DNA of 64,000 nt from Negaprion brevirostris (lineage: Eukaryota): contig JARDVH010000193.1 of assembly GCA_030324005.1 (NCBI GenBank), positions 100,234,864 to 100,298,863 of the forward strand, read 5' to 3'. Position numbers and translations under genes: made by a program. This document shows, piece after piece, positions 61,495-64,000 of the stretch. How positions within the stretch are numbered: the first letter of the stretch is position 1; each line of letters begins with the position of its first letter. The notes below the pieces were generated by a model, which was not told the origin of the DNA, did no database searches, and saw nothing but the letters and a program-made list of their open reading frames with translations.

Positions 61495-62162
61495 CATAGA
61501 GTCAACATGGAAATGGGCCTTTTGGCCCAACTTGTCCATGCTGCCCTTTTTTTAAACACCTAAGATAATCCCAATTGCCCACATTTGGCCCATATCCCTC
61601 TGTACCCATCTTGTCCATTTAACTATCAAAATGCTTTTTAAAGGATAAAATTGTACCCACCTCTTCTATTACCTTTGGCAGCTTGTTCTAGACACTCACC
61701 AACCTCTGTGTGAAAAAAATTGTCCCTCTGGATACTTTTGTATTTCTCCTCTCTCACCTTAAACTTATGCCCTCTAGTTTTAGACTTCTCTAACTTTGGA
61801 AAAATATATTGACTATCTACTTTCCCTATGCCCTTCATTATTTTATAGACCTCTATAAGGTCACCCCTCAGCCTCCTTTGCTCCAAGGAAAAAACTCCCA
61901 GTCTATCCGCCTCTCCTTATAACTTAAACCATCAAGTCCTGGTAGCATTCTAGTAAATCTTTTCTGCACTCTTTCTAGTTTAATAATATCCTTTTTACAA
62001 TAGGGTGACCAGAACTGCACACAGTATTCCAAGAGTGGCCTTACCAATGCCTTGTACAACTTCAACAAGACGTCTCAATTCTTGCATTCAATGTTCTGAC
62101 TGATGAAACCAAGCATGCCAAATGCCTTCTTCACCACTCTGTCCACCTGTGACTCCACTTTC
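61495..62162 (-). mobile_element. CR1/HER1-like LINE 3' end
   Basis: LKLYKALVRPLLEYCVQFWSPY..LERVQKRFTRM and RRLRGDLIEVYKIMKG..KTRGHKFK. Confidence 0.93.
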
Positions 62163-62316
62163 NNNNNNNNNNNNNNNNNNNNNNNNNNNNNNNNNNNNNN
62201 NNNNNNNNNNNNNNNNNNNNNNNNNNNNNNNNNNNNNNNNNNNNNNNNNNNNNNNNNNNNNNNNNNNNNNNNNNNNNNNNNNNNNNNNNNNNNNNNNNNN
62301 NNNNNNNNNNNNNNNN

Positions 62317-62390
62317 GTTGGACTAAAACCTGGTGTTGTCAGACTTTTTACTGTGTTTACCCCAGTCCAACACCGGCATACCCACATCAT
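62317..62390 (+). mobile_element. Penelope-like pLTR tail (after gap)
   Basis: gttggactaaaacctggtgttgtcagact...ccccagtccaacaccggcat matches 20779-20850. Confidence 0.8.
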
Positions 62391-62589
62391 TATTAGAGAA
62401 GGTGCAGAGAGATGGCAGCACACCATGGCAAATGGTGACATTAGACTTTTAATTCCTGATTTTCATTGAATTCAAACGATCAGTTGTAAAAACAACTTGA
62501 GAAAATTGGATATAAAATGAAACTAAATGGATAGGCGCTGACCTAGGCATCAGGAATGACAACTGGAAGCCCAGCCTTGTCAACCCTCC

Positions 62590-63530
62590 TAACCCACAGA
62601 CCATAATCAGTAAATATAGGCAACAACGCCTCCTTCATGATCATCCTAAACAGCCCCACAAGGCTATACACCTATGACTGTGCAGCCAAATTCCCTTCCA
62701 ATTTGTTTGCTGATGGCACCACCGTAGTGGGTCAGATCTCGAACAATGATGACACAGTGTACACGAATGAGATAGAGAATCTGGTGAACTGGTATGGCAA
62801 CAATAATCTCTCCCTCAACGTCATCAAAATGAAGGAGATTGTCATCAACTTCAGTAAGCATAGAGGAGTACATGCCCCTGACTACATCAATAGGGATGAA
62901 ATAGAAAGCTTGAGAGCTTCAAGTTTTTAGGTGTCCAGATCACCAACAACCTGTTCTGGTCCCCCCAGGCTGAGACTAGAGTTAAGAAAGCCCATCAACA
63001 CCCCTACTTTCTCAGAAGATTAAGGAAATTTGGCATGTCAGCTATGACTCTCATCAACTTTTACAGATGCAACATAGAAAGCATTCTTTCTAGTTGCATC
63101 ACAGCTTGGTATGGCTCCTGCTCTACCCAAGATCGCAAGAAACTACTAAAAGGTTGTGAATGTAGCACAATCCATCACGCAAACCAGCTTGTCATCCATT
63201 GACTCTGTCTACACTTCCCGCTGTCTTGGCAAAACAACCAGCATAAATAAGGACCATATGCACCTCAGACATTCTGTCTTCCACCTTCTTCTGAGGTCGT
63301 GTACCAACCGACTCAAGAACAGCTTCTTCCCTGCTGCCATCAGACTTTTGAATGGACCTACTTTACATTAACTTGATCTTTCTCTACATCCTAGCTTTAA
63401 CTGTAACAATACATTCTGCACTCTCTTTTTCTCCTCTGTGAATGGTATGCTTTGTCTGTACAGTTCGCAAGACGCAATATTTTTCACTGCATGCTAATAC
63501 ATGTGACAATAATAAATCATATCAAAAAAA
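62590..63530 (+). mobile_element. Rex1/Babar-type LINE 3' portion
   Basis: LYTYDC..FADGTTVVGQISNNDDTVYTNEIENLVNWYGNNNLSLNV.K.KEIVINF and TNRLKNSFFPAAIRLLN; tail tgtgacaataataaatc. Confidence 0.85.
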
Positions 63531-64000
63531 TGATACAGATGAGCCCCCCCCTCCACGTCGCCCACCACCTACCCATCCATTTGAGCATTTTAAATTCTTA
63601 TACGCTCCCCAATTTATCTAGTGCCCACTAACCTAAAAGGGTGAGTTTCCCATTCAAGGCCAGGCCCACTGTGAAATTTCTTCCAGGCTGGGCGTGAGCA
63701 GGATACCGGAGAGAATCCTGCCCACTTTTAAATGCAATCTTATTTCCTCCCCCTCCACCTCCGCCTCCCCCAACCTGTTTAAAACCAGCTGGTGAGTGTA
63801 AAAGTCAGTGATCTATGAATTGCACCTTACATTAGTACAATTTGTATAGTGTTAAAGCTACTGAATTAAAATAGGCGCTGCTGTTCAGTATTAAACTGAC
63901 AGGCATGGTTTCACTTTATAACTAACTTTTCTTTTGAGCAATGGGGTTGAATTTGATTTGTGGCCAGTCAGTAAGATGATTCTGCAATTTTGAAGTCCTG

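Overview
Eukaryotic, repeat-dominated DNA, almost certainly from a shark (elasmobranch). The basis is abundant HE1-type V-SINEs, CR1/HER1 LINEs and shark-type Penelope and Harbinger relics, recognised from memory rather than by database search. It is a gappy draft scaffold with several exactly 100-N spacers. I find no host protein-coding gene, rRNA, tRNA gene or CRISPR array; the ORF track is mostly TE fragments and N read-through. Content: many CR1 LINE pieces, two RTE 3' ends, one Rex1/Babar-type LINE 3' end, two tRNA-headed SINE families, decayed PIF/Harbinger transposase and Myb/SANT genes with related MITEs, two possible solo LTRs and four Penelope-like fragments. Most notable: (i) two minimal type-I hammerhead ribozyme motifs in two different Penelope families, plus a fold-back hairpin centred on the ribozyme; (ii) a complex local rearrangement at 27.8-31.2 kb (a ~250-bp inverted duplication plus a 73-bp templated insertion); (iii) HE1 SINEs with two alternative tails, one resembling the Rex1/Babar LINE 3' end; (iv) a few non-repeat islands that may be regulatory. 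Most element boundaries are estimated by eye.
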